This document shows, one piece after another, positions 1 to 12,955 of a stretch of 64,000 nucleotides of DNA. A program made the position numbers and the translations under genes. Source of the stretch: Phoronis australis (taxonomy: Eukaryota; Animalia; Phoronida); the NCBI GenBank assembly GCA_002633005.1, contig NMRA01000369.1, positions 82,614-146,613 on the forward strand, written 5' to 3'. The notes beneath the pieces are model-generated. The model saw only the letters and a list, made by a program, of their open reading frames with translations. It searched no databases and was not told the DNA's origin. Numbering within the stretch: position 1 is the first letter of the stretch; every line of letters begins with the position of its first letter.

Positions 1-3000
1 TTTCGCGAGTAAACTATTGCCACATGTCAAATTGCTTTAAAGTGACGGACGGCAGCAATTAATAATCGCCTTATTGGAGATTTCCTGGCGACAAATCGCC
101 TGCACCATCATAAAAAGCCCATGGGCTCTTTTTCGGAAATGAAGGAAGAAAAAATTGCACATGAACGCATTTTGGGAATAAAAGGCAACTAGTGTTGGTT
201 TGAACGCGTCACTCCTAAATGGTCGTTGTTTTCCCCATTTATGCTGTTCGTTAAACGCCCAGAGCAAATCCCGACTTAATCTGATCCCTTACCATTATGG
301 AATTGGCGTCAAATTAGCCAAAAAATGGAGGTAATACGGGGCTTTGATTAAATTCGGAACGTGGGTTCAGGCGCTCTGTGCTTAAAGTTGGCCATTTTTA
401 CTAGTCAGTTAACAAATTTGCTGCCAAAACAAACATTTTTTTTTTAAATCCTGCTGATAAATGTATTACAATCCCCTGGAATATGTATGCCGTATTGCTG
501 CGCCTTAAGGCCAATGGTCCTATGTCCGAATTAATGCCTTTTCGCGGCTTTTTTACACAAGTAGGTCACACATTGGCGCAATATGTTACGGCTAAATTTC
601 GCATTATAAGCCTTGGTAGCGCATAGGCCCATACATGTACATTGCTGATAGGTGCACCCGTCTTGACTAGGCCTACCGCTGTGCATCCCAATGGCAATTT
701 TCACTTCTGCCTCTGTATATTTTCTTTGGCGTAATTTCAAGAAATTTGCTAAATTGTTTTGTATTACCGTTTGCCGCGCATTTGTTCCCATCGCCGGACT
801 TACATCCCATTTTTAATTGGGATATATCAGCCCATTAAAATGCCTTTTTGTGGCCTTTTCACCCAAGTGATTCGCACACTGGCGTTGCGCCTAAGTTTCG
901 CGTGTAAGCGCAGTTTCGTTTAGGCGCCCATGCGCCCAATGGCGCGCGATATGGTATGAAAGTGTTGGCGTGTCATTTGAAAGACATAAGATTGAGTGAA
1001 CAGGACAGCAAATCAAGTTTCCAAAAAGCGCCCATTCCCGAAAAGTGGGAACAAAACATGACTTCGAAAAATCGATGGTTCTGAAAAAGCGCCCAAGCCA
1101 TTTTATCCAAAATCCCCGTTGAAGTGTGGAAATCATAAAAATCGATTAGCGCTAACATAAGTACAGCATGACCAAGGCTATAAGTTCTGGATAATTTCAA
1201 TGTCGGCAGAATTTCAATATCCTTAGTTATAAAACGCTCCGCTTCCAGTGCATAAACCTTACTATACCATTTGCATGGCAGCGTTCGGGACACCCAGGCC
1301 AGCTGGCGTTACCGCTAGAAGACGCCAGAGGGAATCTCTAAAACTCAAGATCACGCCAGACTACGCGAGATACCGCTATGCATTGCAAGCGAAGCACCTG
1401 ACCACTACCACAGTGGAGTAACGCTAGGACCTGCGCTAGGACACTTTTAAAAAGAAAGACTTTGCAAGATCACATGACATATTGCTTTGTTTTTTAAATG
1501 AGAACATTGTCATTTTAGCTAGATGTTTCTAGCCGCGAGTCAACTAGTGCACTCTACTCAGATTTACTTTGTCGAGAGACTTTTTACGTCTACGGACCGC
1601 TCGACGAAAAAGAAATCCATTCACGTCAGCATAAACTTGATGAGAGTGTAGATATACCTTGGTCTTACGCTTCCTCTTCAAGATGGCGAACATATACCCA
1701 AGTAACTATGAGCAAAACCTCACTGTCTAACATTAATTGATGGAAATTATCTCTTTAATTAGGTATTATACGTATATTATCAAAGACTTTGTACCTTTGG
1801 GCACGTTAAATTTAATTTTTTACTCAAAAATACTTGTGTTGAGCGTAAGACCAAATTCCAGTCTTAATGAAACAGACTCAGAGCACCCATGTGTGGTATT
1901 CTTGTGTTCCGAATGTCCATACATGTACATGAGGGTGTTTGCCATATTCTTTTCCAGATGAATGACACATTGCCTAGACATTGCCCGCGAAAAGATTATT
2001 CGGTGGGGACAGGGGAGTCACTGTGCTGTCCCCCTCATTCATCAAATGCTTTCACTGGCATGGCTGATGCTCTCGTCAATATTATGGTCGTGTCCGCACG
2101 GGGACAGGATTCCCATTCCTCCTCAACCCACCCATGGCTTTTTTTGGTTATGGAGCATTTTTTATTCCCCGTTTATTTTTTCAGTAAAAGGTCCGCATAG
2201 TGAAAAATTCTAGCCCGCTTATGTTATAGGCTGGGTGCGCGCTTGCCATGGGAACCCAGGTGCATATCTCGAGAAACAACTTTCGTCTAGTTGGTTCACT
2301 TTGCATGTGGGCCCTTGAGTTAATGAACTTGTCTAAACTTTTAATACATACACGCATATTTATGTTCTAAACTAATGGACTTATTGACTTTATTTCGCCG
2401 TTCAGTTGCTAGCGAACTTGAAAGACTCGTGTCCCACAACTGAAAGGAAGAACCATCCGGGTCATTGATCAAATGCCCGTGGTCACTCAGACTGTCTTTT
2501 TATCATGATGCATGATTAATAGACTAAATTGATTAAAAACATGGTACTACATGACACATCTAGAAGTGTTTTATTGCGTTCCTAGAACCTGGTAGGATCT
2601 CGGCATAGACCAAGCTATTGTGCTCCATCACCAAGTGGAAGATGTAGTTTATCAAAAAGAAAGTCACACGACTTAAAGCGGCGACAAGATTACCTTCTAC
2701 CACAAAAACAACTTTTCAGACCTCATATCAACACGAAATCGCTTCGTTATCGAATTAGAAATGACATCACTGTCACGAAAGAACTGACAGTTCGTTAAAT
2801 TGCTTTTGAACAGACTCTATCAGCTGGTTAGTCACGGCGTGTGTTATTTATTCCCTGAACAGGCTCCCTACAAATAAAGAAGTGTAAATTCTTTGCAAAC
2901 CCTCTCATCTTAACACAACTTGAGACCAATTTTACATGTGTAAGTGGTCAGAAATTTAAGGTTCGTACGCGGCTTTGTACCCGCTTTAAAATATCACCTT

Positions 3001-3542
3001 TAATTATTGGAGGTTGCAAATGAGAAATTTTTCGACGTTCAATCCGTTCGGTTAATTATTTTTGATTATCGAATAATCGGAAAATGGTTTCATAAGAGCA
3101 TATATGGTGAAATTCATAAATTGACATTTGACAATAAACAGCCGGAGCAGAGACAGAGTGACATACGACTGTCAGCCTTAGAAAAGGAATACCAGCTGAA
3201 GCTAAAATAAATACTGACAACTTTACCGACAGTTATTATACTGAAGTTCATCTATTGTGTATACTGATTTGTTCCTGTAACCATTTCCATGTTGGTCACA
3301 CACATCCATCCTGCCAAGCTTGTCCAAGGTACAATTGTTCTGTTTGTAAAATTCACAGAAGAGAACAGTGGGTAAAGGTGCTGGAGCAATTGGTTTGATG
3401 GGTATTTTTTCTCTGGACAGTCAACCAACTTCAGCGTCTTGAAATCACACCAGGCTTTACTATACTCGCAGCTGGAAAAAAGTTCTACGTGAGCAAATTT
3501 GCAATAAGTACTGTACATGTTTGTAGTGGTAACAGTTGGGTT
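1..3542. repeat. Segmental duplicate (copy 1) of ~40489-44674; extends beyond window start
   Basis: Colinear high similarity throughout (TTTCGCGAGTAAACT at 1 and ~40489; GTAGTGGTAACAGT near 3523 and 44655); copy 1 lacks 43046-43696. Confidence 0.95.
3269..3471 (-). pseudogene. Pseudo-exon copy of exon 4 of the Kazal-domain gene
   Basis: Matches 44400-44603 but is 1 nt shorter (T6 vs T7 run, frameshift), donor GTCAGT changed to ATCAGT, and the downstream terminal exon is deleted. Confidence 0.85.
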
Positions 3543-3917
3543 GAGATGTTACAAGTTCACTGCTCAGTTGCCGTCGTTTTCATCTTTGCTACGTCTTTTC
3601 AAGAAATAAATCGTTACTTTTAAAACTGATTCTTTTTCAAGAGAAAACTTGCAACCTAACGCGCAAAGACATACATATAGGTTGTGATCCGCCATGTGAA
3701 ACAGTCTGGGTGAAGTATTTGATAAATCTGCCAAACAATGTAAGAAATTTAGTAATTAGAAGCGCACGGGATAAATACAAAACGTACCTCGATTGTAGTA
3801 CATGAAGCAATATCACACTCGACCTTATTCCGCATATCGACCTCGAACTTCAGTGTCTGTCTATACGCGGAATAATGTCTCGTGGGATATTACTTCATGT
3901 ACGCCACTCTCGGTACG

Positions 3918-3919
<2 letters not shown>

Positions 3920-3974
<55 letters not shown>

Positions 3975-3977
3975 TGT

Positions 3978-4010
<33 letters not shown>
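3920..4010. repeat. (TG)n microsatellite
   Basis: Directly visible; creates spurious CV/HT ORFs. Confidence 0.98.
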
Positions 4011-4017
<7 letters not shown>

Positions 4018-4029
4018 TATATATTCACA

Positions 4030-4982
4030 GGCGTATTTAGGGGGAGGCTTAGGGGACCCCTCCTTGGCTACCGCAAAAAATAAAACAGCAAGAGCGCAGG
4101 GAAATGTTGAGTTTATTAACATTGCAAGTCTGAAACAAGTTTTAAATGTGTGCAGTTTTAGTGTGTTTAGGGGGGGTAGGGCTAAGATCCAATTTCAAGT
4201 GTCAAATTCGGAACACGGCGCAATCGTAACGGAACTATGGCTAAGTGTAGGCTCTCCCGCTTTGATATTGAGATACCTACTTGTTTATGGTCTATAGCGT
4301 TTGCGCGCGAAACTTTCTTTTTGTAATGGTTATTACATGTTTTATATCTTGTGTAATCAATTCGTAACAAATTTGTAGTATTTAAAATAGTCTTCAATTG
4401 CCCAAAAGACCAAAACCGTTTTTGTCTTGGCAATAATGACGCGATTTCTTTGGAAATCGTCTAAAGGTAAGGTTTGACAAAGAGAGAATTATGAGTTTCT
4501 GAGTGATTCACTAAGGCTTCGATTAAAATTGACATCTTACCAGCAGCTTCTGTTTTTCATCATCACTCAGATTCCCTTTTCTTTAAAATGAAGTGATTTT
4601 CTTCATTGCACAGTGGAGCAGACGACGGAAACGGAGTCGTAGTGCCCAGCGCCACTGCCGGTCGCCTGGAATGTCGCGGGAGAGCCTATACTTAGCCATA
4701 GTTACGATTGCGCCGTGTTCCGAATTTGACACTTGAAATTGGATTTGAGCCCCCCGCCCCACAACACTAAAACTGCACACATTTAAATCTTGTTTCAGCC
4801 GTATAATTTTAATTACCGGGGTTAATAAATAAACTCAACATTTCCCTACGCTCTTACTGTTTTATTTTTTGCGGCAGCGAGATGGGGCGTCCCCCCTAAA
4901 TTTGCTTATGAAGCATTACAAAAAGAAGTAGGTTTCGCACGCAAACGCTCTGGACCATAAACAAGTAGGCCTCTTGATATCA
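4030..4982. mobile_element. Non-autonomous element(s) with ~230-bp inverted arms (4030-4260 / 4676-4907)
   Basis: Arms are reverse complements (GTGTCAAATTCGGAACACGGCGCAATCGTAAC vs GTTACGATTGCGCCGTGTTCCGAATTTGACAC); interior 4400-4670 recurs at ~31370-31620. Confidence 0.7.
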
Positions 4983-5007
4983 TATTACGAGTTAAATCGT
5001 GCTGGTA

Positions 5008-5153
5008 CAGTGAAAAATTTTCCTGGACGGGAGGGGCGCAATCCCCTGCCGACCTCCCCCCATTCGGTGCTTTGCACATCTACAATTGGGCTTTGCGCAA
5101 ATGTTTATAGACAAAATGTTGGACCCCCTTGTGATATCCTAGATCCGCCACTG
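5008..5153. mobile_element. Short MITE-like element of the CAGTGG...GATCCGCC(A/C)CTG family
   Basis: 3' end CTAGATCCGCCACTG resembles the ends of the elements at 9423-9640 and 39903-40058; 5' end is degenerate. Confidence 0.45.
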
Positions 5154-6382
5154 TATATATATAGCCTATTTGTTCAAGCTAGATAGAAAACGGTGACAAG
5201 TGGTTTCCGTGTATGAATTGATGGGCGTGTAGACCAAGTATTTCCGCATACCAGATCGGACAAATGAGAACGCGTCCGTGCTTAAGAATACAGCCCAGGA
5301 CAGGAAAGTCAATACTGCGAAAGTCAGTTACAATACACTGTATGTTGTTGCGAATCACAGGAAACTTCACCTTTGTAGTACATTCGATTGACCATCGGTC
5401 GTCGAAAATTCCAAATTTCCACCGTCAGGCAGCACGTTCTGTCCACCCCGGTCTCTAGCTCTGCAGTTTCTACCAAGGTTTCGACCACTATGTATGGTAC
5501 ACGAATCTTTATCATTATTATGTAAATATTAAGCATGCAGACGAAAACATGACTATGGGCAATGATGATGTTGTGACATTTCAATTATTTATCAATGTTT
5601 GAATGTGAATTCATTTCTACTTTAATTTTATGGATTTGATGGGCAGACCCAATACACATAGAAATTTACATTAATGGACAAACAGCGCTGCAGACTGCAT
5701 TAAGGTTGTCAATAAACAGCATATAAAAATATAAACTTGAACAATTTTTACTACTATAGATAATGACATAACAAAAGTGTAAAAAACATCAAGTTTTGGG
5801 AAAGGGTCCTTTTTATAAACCTCCAGTATGCCCATACATGTACAAACCCTTTGCTCTGGAGGTAATATGTAACACATTAGACATTGAAGAAAATTGATAC
5901 AGAAGTGCCGTTTTGCAACAAAATACTCGAACCGAATAGACTGCACATGAAAGTACTACAAACTGATATAAAGTCATCTTTGTTTTTTTTCTAGCTTCAA
6001 GCGTTTAACTCAGTATTCCGAAGTACTCTAATTAGTACAAACTTTGTGAAACAGAAAAGCGCTAATTTAGGTGGCCAATGACAAATGTAGGTGTGTATAT
6101 ACTTTGAGGTATGTCCATGTAACAAGAAGAGGGTTTATGTAACACATTTTTTTTGAAAATCTGACATGTATGGAATTATTCCCCTTTCGTGTCCATAATA
6201 AACTATTCCATTACTTTGAACTGCCCCCGTAAAGATAAGTCAGAAAATTCTACCCAACTGTTATCTGAATAGGCGATGATAACCTTTCTTACGAGTTCTC
6301 TCGTTTCTAGTAGTCTAGATCTGTTGGAAAACTAGTCTCCCCTAGCGATAGACAGGTAGGCAAGGCAAATAACAACTGTACG

Positions 6383-6390
6383 TGACGTCA
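6383..6390. promoter_or_regulatory. CRE/ATF palindrome upstream of the mucin-like gene
   Basis: TGACGTCA ~75 bp before the first candidate splice donor (AAG|GTAAGC at 6465). Confidence 0.45.
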
Positions 6391-6528
6391 TTTCAAGCGT
6401 GATGTCACGACAAGCTTGAGCAGTCTAGCAGAAGAACTAACTCTGAGTTTATGCGGAAGACAAGGTAAGCAAGCTTGTTCCGTTACACCATTTGCAGAGG
6501 AGTTTAGTCCTGGATTTTTCTGTAGAAG

Positions 6529-6553
6529 ATGCACGACGGTCGACTTACCCAAG
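6529..6553 (+). CDS. Optional upstream exon of the mucin-like gene (MHDGRLTQ), or 5'UTR exon
   Basis: Acceptor TTTTTCTGTAG ending 6525, donor AAG|GTACGT; phase-1 splice to the acceptor at 6991 is in frame with ATG 7006. Confidence 0.4.
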
Positions 6554-7005
6554 GTACGTACACATTCCGTGTCACTGAGTCAGACCATTCTAACTGATAA
6601 TTGCTGGGTTAAAGTGTAAAAGTTTAACAAAGTTATTGTGATTACCCCGCCTTGCATGGAGCCACACATGTTTTAAGTGAACGACTGCTAAACTGTCAAA
6701 AAATATACAGCAATGAAACGTCCGATATTTGTATGGATTCCAGTAACCCCCTGACCCATTTCATATAGACGACCAAGTCAAAAACCATTTCCTAACTAAG
6801 AACATATTGTAAATATAAATATCAACTGATTGTTAAGAAGAGTAGATATTTTATTTGTGACAGATACCTAGTGTGGAAGTGCCAAAAACTTGGATTCAAA
6901 TGAATAGCTGACCCAACATTTCATCAATGGTATACGGTTCTGCAAGACTATACTTCCAAATATACTATATTTGATACTACTTATATTTCAGGGCACAGCT
7001 CAAAC

Positions 7006-7038
7006 ATGAACAAGGTCATATCAACAGTTCTCCTTCTA
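7006..7038 (+). CDS. Mucin-like type I membrane protein, signal-peptide exon (MNKVISTVLLL)
   Basis: Acceptor ATTTCAG ending 6991, AACATG context, donor CTA|GTAAGT phase 0; joined to the next exon gives MNKVISTVLLLTTTCALG. Confidence 0.7.
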
Positions 7039-7392
7039 GTAAGTATTGTGTGGTTTGTATGAGGATCAAAAACAAGCTGTGCTATTTGAGCTCTCCACGT
7101 CACAGCACAGCCCCATGAATGTTGAATAAGCCGTCGGTGTACGAGAGTACGAGGAAATAAAGAGATGACAAAACAAATGATATGTGCCGGAGTTCGAACG
7201 GTTGTACCGTTGCAAAGAGACAACCTCGAGAAACTCGTGAAGTACTGAATACTAATTTCACATTTCGGCAGGATGTTCAAGCTTATTCATGGATCTTTAC
7301 GATTTATTTTGAAATGTTGGTTATCAAACCTTTGCCACTTGCCGCAGAGCACTTTTTAAGAGCCAGGATGAACCCTTAACCCTCCTCAAAGC

Positions 7393-9210
7393 TAGGACTA
7401 GTGACGATGTTGTCCGCTATTATAGCTTATTTCAAACTTTAGGTCCTATACGCGTTCAGGCCAAAAACTACAACTCGCAAAATCTTCCCTCTCCTATGTT
7501 CAATGTTGTGCAGGACTCTAGCCAAATTCCAAAGATGGCTAACTTCTTAACACCATATCTCAGAAATGGATAATTAGATTCATACCTGGTTTATGCACTC
7601 TGTGAAACCAATGACTATTAGAGTTTATTCATACAAAAACTCACAAATTGTATGAAACGAAAATGAATTAATAATCTAGAAAAAAATGTAACAGGCTTTT
7701 GAGATTTCGTCTTGAACATTAATATCAACTTAGAATTTGGTCATGATCTTGATTCCGCTGCCAACCGTTGAGATGTTCTAGTATGCCCTTTGAGATGCAC
7801 TGGTACATCCCTTGAGATACACTAGTACATAATTGGAGATACACTAGTGCTGTATATCCTTTAGACACAAGTTCATCTTTGAGACACATTATTTGAATAG
7901 AGGCCGAGAGTCGCGCTGAACTCATCAAATCAACATACGACATATAATTGTTGTCTGGCATTTTTTTCGCTTAAAGACCGTTTCTAATGGATTCTTATGC
8001 TAAATGTAGTAACGACTCTGGTAATATTTTCCGAGTCTAAGTGGTTCATGTGTTGTTTACCGGCTATGCTAGCATACAGTGTACAGGCTAGGTCTTGTCA
8101 ATGCTGCTGTTTGTAAGCTATGGTGCGTTTGGATGGGTTGTTTGCGAAAGTTACACATCGACGTTCCCCCATAGATGACCGTCGACACCCGATTGCGGGG
8201 TGAATCTCTTATGGAGGTTCGATGGTAATGTTGCTGCAATTTCCTAGACACGCGTTCAATCCCGTGGTTTTGTGGTTCGGTTAACAGAACTGCTTTATTG
8301 TTTTTGTTGAATAAAACTTGTCAGGTAAATTTCTATTCCATTTCTATTGACTTGTAAGACAATCTCCATCGAATCTTTATAGATCGAGAGATGTTTGTAT
8401 ACCACGGAGCAGTTTTGGAATTTTCATCTATGTAAGCTCTAAGTTTTAGGACTAGTGACGATGTTGTCCGCTATTATAGTTTATTTCAAACTTTAGGTCA
8501 TATACGCGTTCAGGCCAAAAACTACAACTCGCAAAATCTTCCCTCTTCCATGTTCAATGTTGTGCAGGACCCTAGACAAATTCCAAAGATGGCTAACTTC
8601 TTAACACCATATCTCAGAAATGGCTAATTAGATTCATACCTGGTTTATGTACTCTGTGAAAACAATGACTATTAGAGTTTATTCATACAAAAACTCACAA
8701 ATTGTATGGAACGAAAATGAATTGATAATTTAGAAAAAAGGAAACAGGTTTTTGAGATTTCGTCTTGAACATTTATATCAACTTAGAATTTGGTCATGAT
8801 CTTGATTCCGTTGCCAACCATTGAGATGTACTAGTATGTCCCTTGAGATACACTATTACATCCCTTGAGATACACTAGTACATCCCTTGAGATACACTAG
8901 AACATCCCTTGAGATACACTAGTACATCTCTTGACATACACTAGTACATCCCTTGAGATACACTAGAACATCCCTTGAGATACACTAGAACATCCCTTGA
9001 GATACACTAGTATATCCCTTGAGATACACTAGAACTTCCCTTGAGATACACTAGTACATCCCTTGAGATACACTAGTACATCCCTTGAGATACCCTACTG
9101 TTGTATATTCTTTAGACTCTAGTTAATCCTTGAGATACATTCTTACATCCTTGAGATACATTCTTACATCTTTGAGATACATTAGTACATCCCTTAAGAT
9201 ACACTAGTAT
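7393..9210 (+). repeat. Intronic direct duplication (~7393-7890 and ~8447-9140) carrying a 22-bp minisatellite
   Basis: Both copies start TAGGACTAGTGACGATGTTGTCCGC; unit CATCCCTTGAGATACACTAGTA occurs ~4-5x in copy A and roughly 15-17x at 8830-9210. Confidence 0.92.
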
Positions 9211-9422
9211 ATACTGTGAAACACATTGAAATCTATTGAGATACTCAAGTATGCCCCTTTGTGAGACACTTGACTAGTATGGGAAGTCTGTTATCCACAA
9301 TTACAATTTCTCGTCTACGTGTTGCAATAGCTGGTCACGGCTTGTACCTTGATCCAGAGTTTCAAGGGTTGTCGAATGTAACAGATCGAGAGAAATATAG
9401 CTGTTGCAATGGTTTAACTAAT

Positions 9423-9640
9423 CAGTGGAGAATTTAGCGGGGGGCCATGCCCCCCTAAGATTCTACCAGATGTCATTTGGCAGTTCGAGTGCGAATTGCT
9501 AACTAGTACATGCGCGCAACCAGTGGGGCTCGGGGGGTGAAAAAACAATGCATAGGCCCTGAAAAAATCCCGCATCTGCCGAAATTCTGGTTATTCCTGT
9601 GCCCTGGCCCCCCTAACTCAAAATCCTGGATCCGCCCCTG
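9423..9640. mobile_element. MITE with CAG...CTG termini and 5-bp target-site duplication
   Basis: Ends CAGTGGAGAATTTAG / CTGGATCCGCCCCTG; CTAAT flanks both sides (9418-9422, 9641-9645). Confidence 0.65.
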
Positions 9641-9995
9641 CTAATGACGTCGTACATGTAATTTATTTAGTATACCGAAACATGGTTTACTAGCAAGATA
9701 TTAAGTAAAGACCAATTACAAACTTCCAACTGAAATAGAGCAAGTTTGCGGTGGCGAACTCCACGTTGTCCCCTGCTTCATCATGAGTAATCAGGAATGC
9801 TGAATCGCTGTATTAAACAGACAAAAGAATGGGCAACACCTATAAAATATGAATCAAAACATCGGATTTTGAAATATTATTTTTCTGCATAAGTTTTGCA
9901 TAAAATTCGGCATGTTCATGTGTAGTAAAACTATTTGATTTCACGTGCGTTGTTTCAGTAACAGTTTATAGCCTACCTAACGTTTTGATATACAG

Positions 9996-10229
9996 ACAAC
10001 AACATGTGCACTGGGGAAGACGACTAATGTCACGAACATGACGTCACGTACAGTGTCGACAGAATTTTCCACAGAGACGATGACTTCACGAATGGAAACA
10101 ACCACGCCGCAAAGAATCGAATTTGGCACCACCAGCACACCACAGCCGTCGTTGAGGAGCATGTCTGCAACGGATCCAAGTAATGTCGATTTCACCACAG
10201 ACAGCCCCAAAGCACATACAGGTGGAGCG
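9996..10229 (+). CDS. Mucin-like membrane protein, Thr/Ser-rich ectodomain exon
   Basis: Acceptor GATATACAG|, 78 open codons TTTCALGKTTNVTNMTSRTVSTEF...AHTGGA, donor GCG|GTAAGT; phase 0/0; sequons NVT and NMT. Confidence 0.8.
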
Positions 10230-12955
10230 GTAAGTGCGTAACTCGTTTCACAAGCATTTTCGCGTTAGGTAACGACTGTATAAATACAAGTGTGTGTGCA
10301 ATTAGAAAACAGATATAACGTCTCATATGTCTTCTTTCACCTCTCCAATCGATCGTTACATTTGTTTGGCCTAAACTAATAACCCCAAAAGTAAATCTTG
10401 CCTCAGCATTTTTCTATATGAAGCAATAAATAGGAGTCCTTCTATCTGATGCAATAAATAAGAGTGTTTAATTTTGTTTGCACGTCCCTGTAGTCATACA
10501 TCCAATCTCGTAATTCAGTTACATCTTACTTTTGACATCTTTGTTTTTGCTTGAGTATAAGTTTCCGATCTGTTTGCTGGGTTTTCAGTTAGAAAAGCCT
10601 ACAATTAACTGTTGACGAGTAAAGAGTACACGTACAAACTTGCACTAGATTGGCCTTAGATACAAGCTACAAATTCGACAATTCTAACAGATTTGTTTGA
10701 TATACCCATCTGAGTAAAATGATAGTGTACTTGAATACAATCAAAGCATGTTGACTGTGCCTGGAGTTACCTTCCTGGAGACAATGCTGGTAATTTTGGC
10801 AATTCTCTATGAACGGTGTTTTAAACCTTTTAGTCGAAAAATGACATTAATGAAAATAACAATTATTCAAACATGAAATGTGACGTTGTGAGCAAATGGC
10901 ACAATGCAAACTCTGTATATCTAATCGGCTGTATCGTTTTTCTTTAAGTTTTACTACCTATTTCTTGCATTGTTGCTCAGGCCAAATGGCATATTTTCGT
11001 GGACAATACAGGGGATCTGACTTAGTATACAGTAGTATTGACGGTCATCCCGGCACAGTGATAAAGGCAGGATTCAACTAAAAGCAATTATTCGCTGTGT
11101 CAAAGAATGAATATTATGGTTCTTGGTTGGCAGTCTTTCTTTACAATTAAATCATCAAAAACGTGGGTCTTGCTTGCCCGTTTAACAGACTTGGTAAAGA
11201 GTTTTCAAAATTGGCTCCAAACGGTTAAATGGCCTTATTTTGTTTTAGACAGCTGATGGGAAGCTCGTGGTTGAAATCTGTTAATACGCTAAAACCGTGT
11301 TCTGGGACTTTTTAATAAAAAATTCGAAAACGAGGAATCTTACGTTTGAAAAATTTCAAGTGAAAAACTGAGCCTTTTTGTAGGCAGACCATCTCGTTTT
11401 TTCTAGAATTGCTCGGATAATTACAAAAATACAATCCACCAAAATCTGTTGGATCCAGATTATGAGATGGAAATAAACAGGTACAGGACTTGCTAATCAG
11501 ACTGTAGGCAAGTTTCCGGAGCTGTGAACTGTGAAAGAGACAGTTCAGTTTTCCTCCTCACTAAATAAATGCGTCTGTGTAACGAAAATGCACTGATACC
11601 AGTAGATTTTCAGGCACATTCAAACAGTGCAGCATCTCCTAGTGGCTATTTAGGGACAGAGCGTTTTCGAATGCTATCTAGAGAATTTGACAAATTGACG
11701 GATTTTAATGAAACTTTAAACAAAAGTTCGTAACGGCATTGTTCCAGCACCAGTCGATTTTTAAGCAATTTTGATTACTGCAGCTGCTCCTAATGCCCAT
11801 TCTGCTGGGTTCTGTTGTTCAGTTGTCTGTGTGAAATCTTATAAAAAAAACACCAAGTTGTCTTTTGGTGAAATTTGGCACAAGGGTATAGCGCATTGCA
11901 TTGTACGTAGTGCGGAGCATACCACTTTTCTATTTTACCTTCTCCTGTGGCCGCGCGGCTAGAATTTTCAGTATCTTGGGGGCAATTGTTTCCGAATAAT
12001 ATATAAAGACCTGACTGACGTACTTCAGACACTTTATCTTGCTGTTCTGTTGCTCAGTTGTCTGACACAAGTCGATTTTTAGCGAATTTGGCCTCCACAG
12101 CAAACTGTAGTGGCAATTCTGTTCTTGACTAGGACTTTTAAATATTTTTGGGGAAAAATCGTTTCTGTATGATATTTAGAAATGCTAGTGACTGATATAA
12201 ATGAAATCTTGACACAGGGGTATATTTATGTGACGGCAATGTGCTTGAACCAGCCAACTGCGGGCGCATTTGAATACTGCAGCACCACCTAGCGGCCGTT
12301 CAACTTAGGAGATCAGAGCAGCCACCAGTTTGGAACAGATGCCATCATGTCATTTTGACGTCTCTATGTATCTGCCGAACCTCATGATTGTTCTTTATGA
12401 ACGGAAGTAGACTAGATATGCTCATTTTTATGCATGGTGATGTGTCCCTTTGTGGCATATTTCATTTCTTTTGCGGAAATGTTATATATTCAAAGTTACT
12501 TTTAAAAGGTGGCTAAGATACTAATACTTTTTCCCCGTTCAGACTTTTGCAGCTACCCTGTGGGATCCACTTGTTGTCTCCTTGACAATGTTTTGCGTTG
12601 CTGTTGTTAAAAGTTTTCCCAAATCTTACCAATTTCTTATTTAGTTATTTTCACAGCGCATTTTGGTCTCCCAATAATAAGAACGCCGTTGCGGATTCGC
12701 GAGCTCAACATTGAGCACATCGACATTACTTTCCAAAAGTAATTTGAAGATATTTGAACATAGCTGAAGAACAGAAAGACAGTGCACTTTACAATAGACC
12801 TTGGCGAACAATTTCGCAATTTCTGTCGTAACACATGATGTTGATAGAAACAGTAGCGTCGTCAACATTTGTCAACTGAATAGTTCACTCAGAACACCTT
12901 TTTTCAAAAAAAAATCATAAAAAAGCTTGAGTAAACGTATGCTATGTGCTTTCAG

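Noticed and set aside
1889-2213. ORFs apparently conserved with 42406-42796
   Set aside because: Similarity reflects recent duplication; indels shift frames and no domain is recognisable.
3788-3860. Possible minus-strand exon ending GAG|GTACGT
   Set aside because: No phase-compatible open join to the 5252 exon or the Kazal pseudo-exon.
3802-4297. ORFs with poly-CV / poly-HT
   Set aside because: Translation of the (TG)n microsatellite.
8830-9210. CRISPR-like regular repeat
   Set aside because: Head-to-tail 22-bp units with no spacers.
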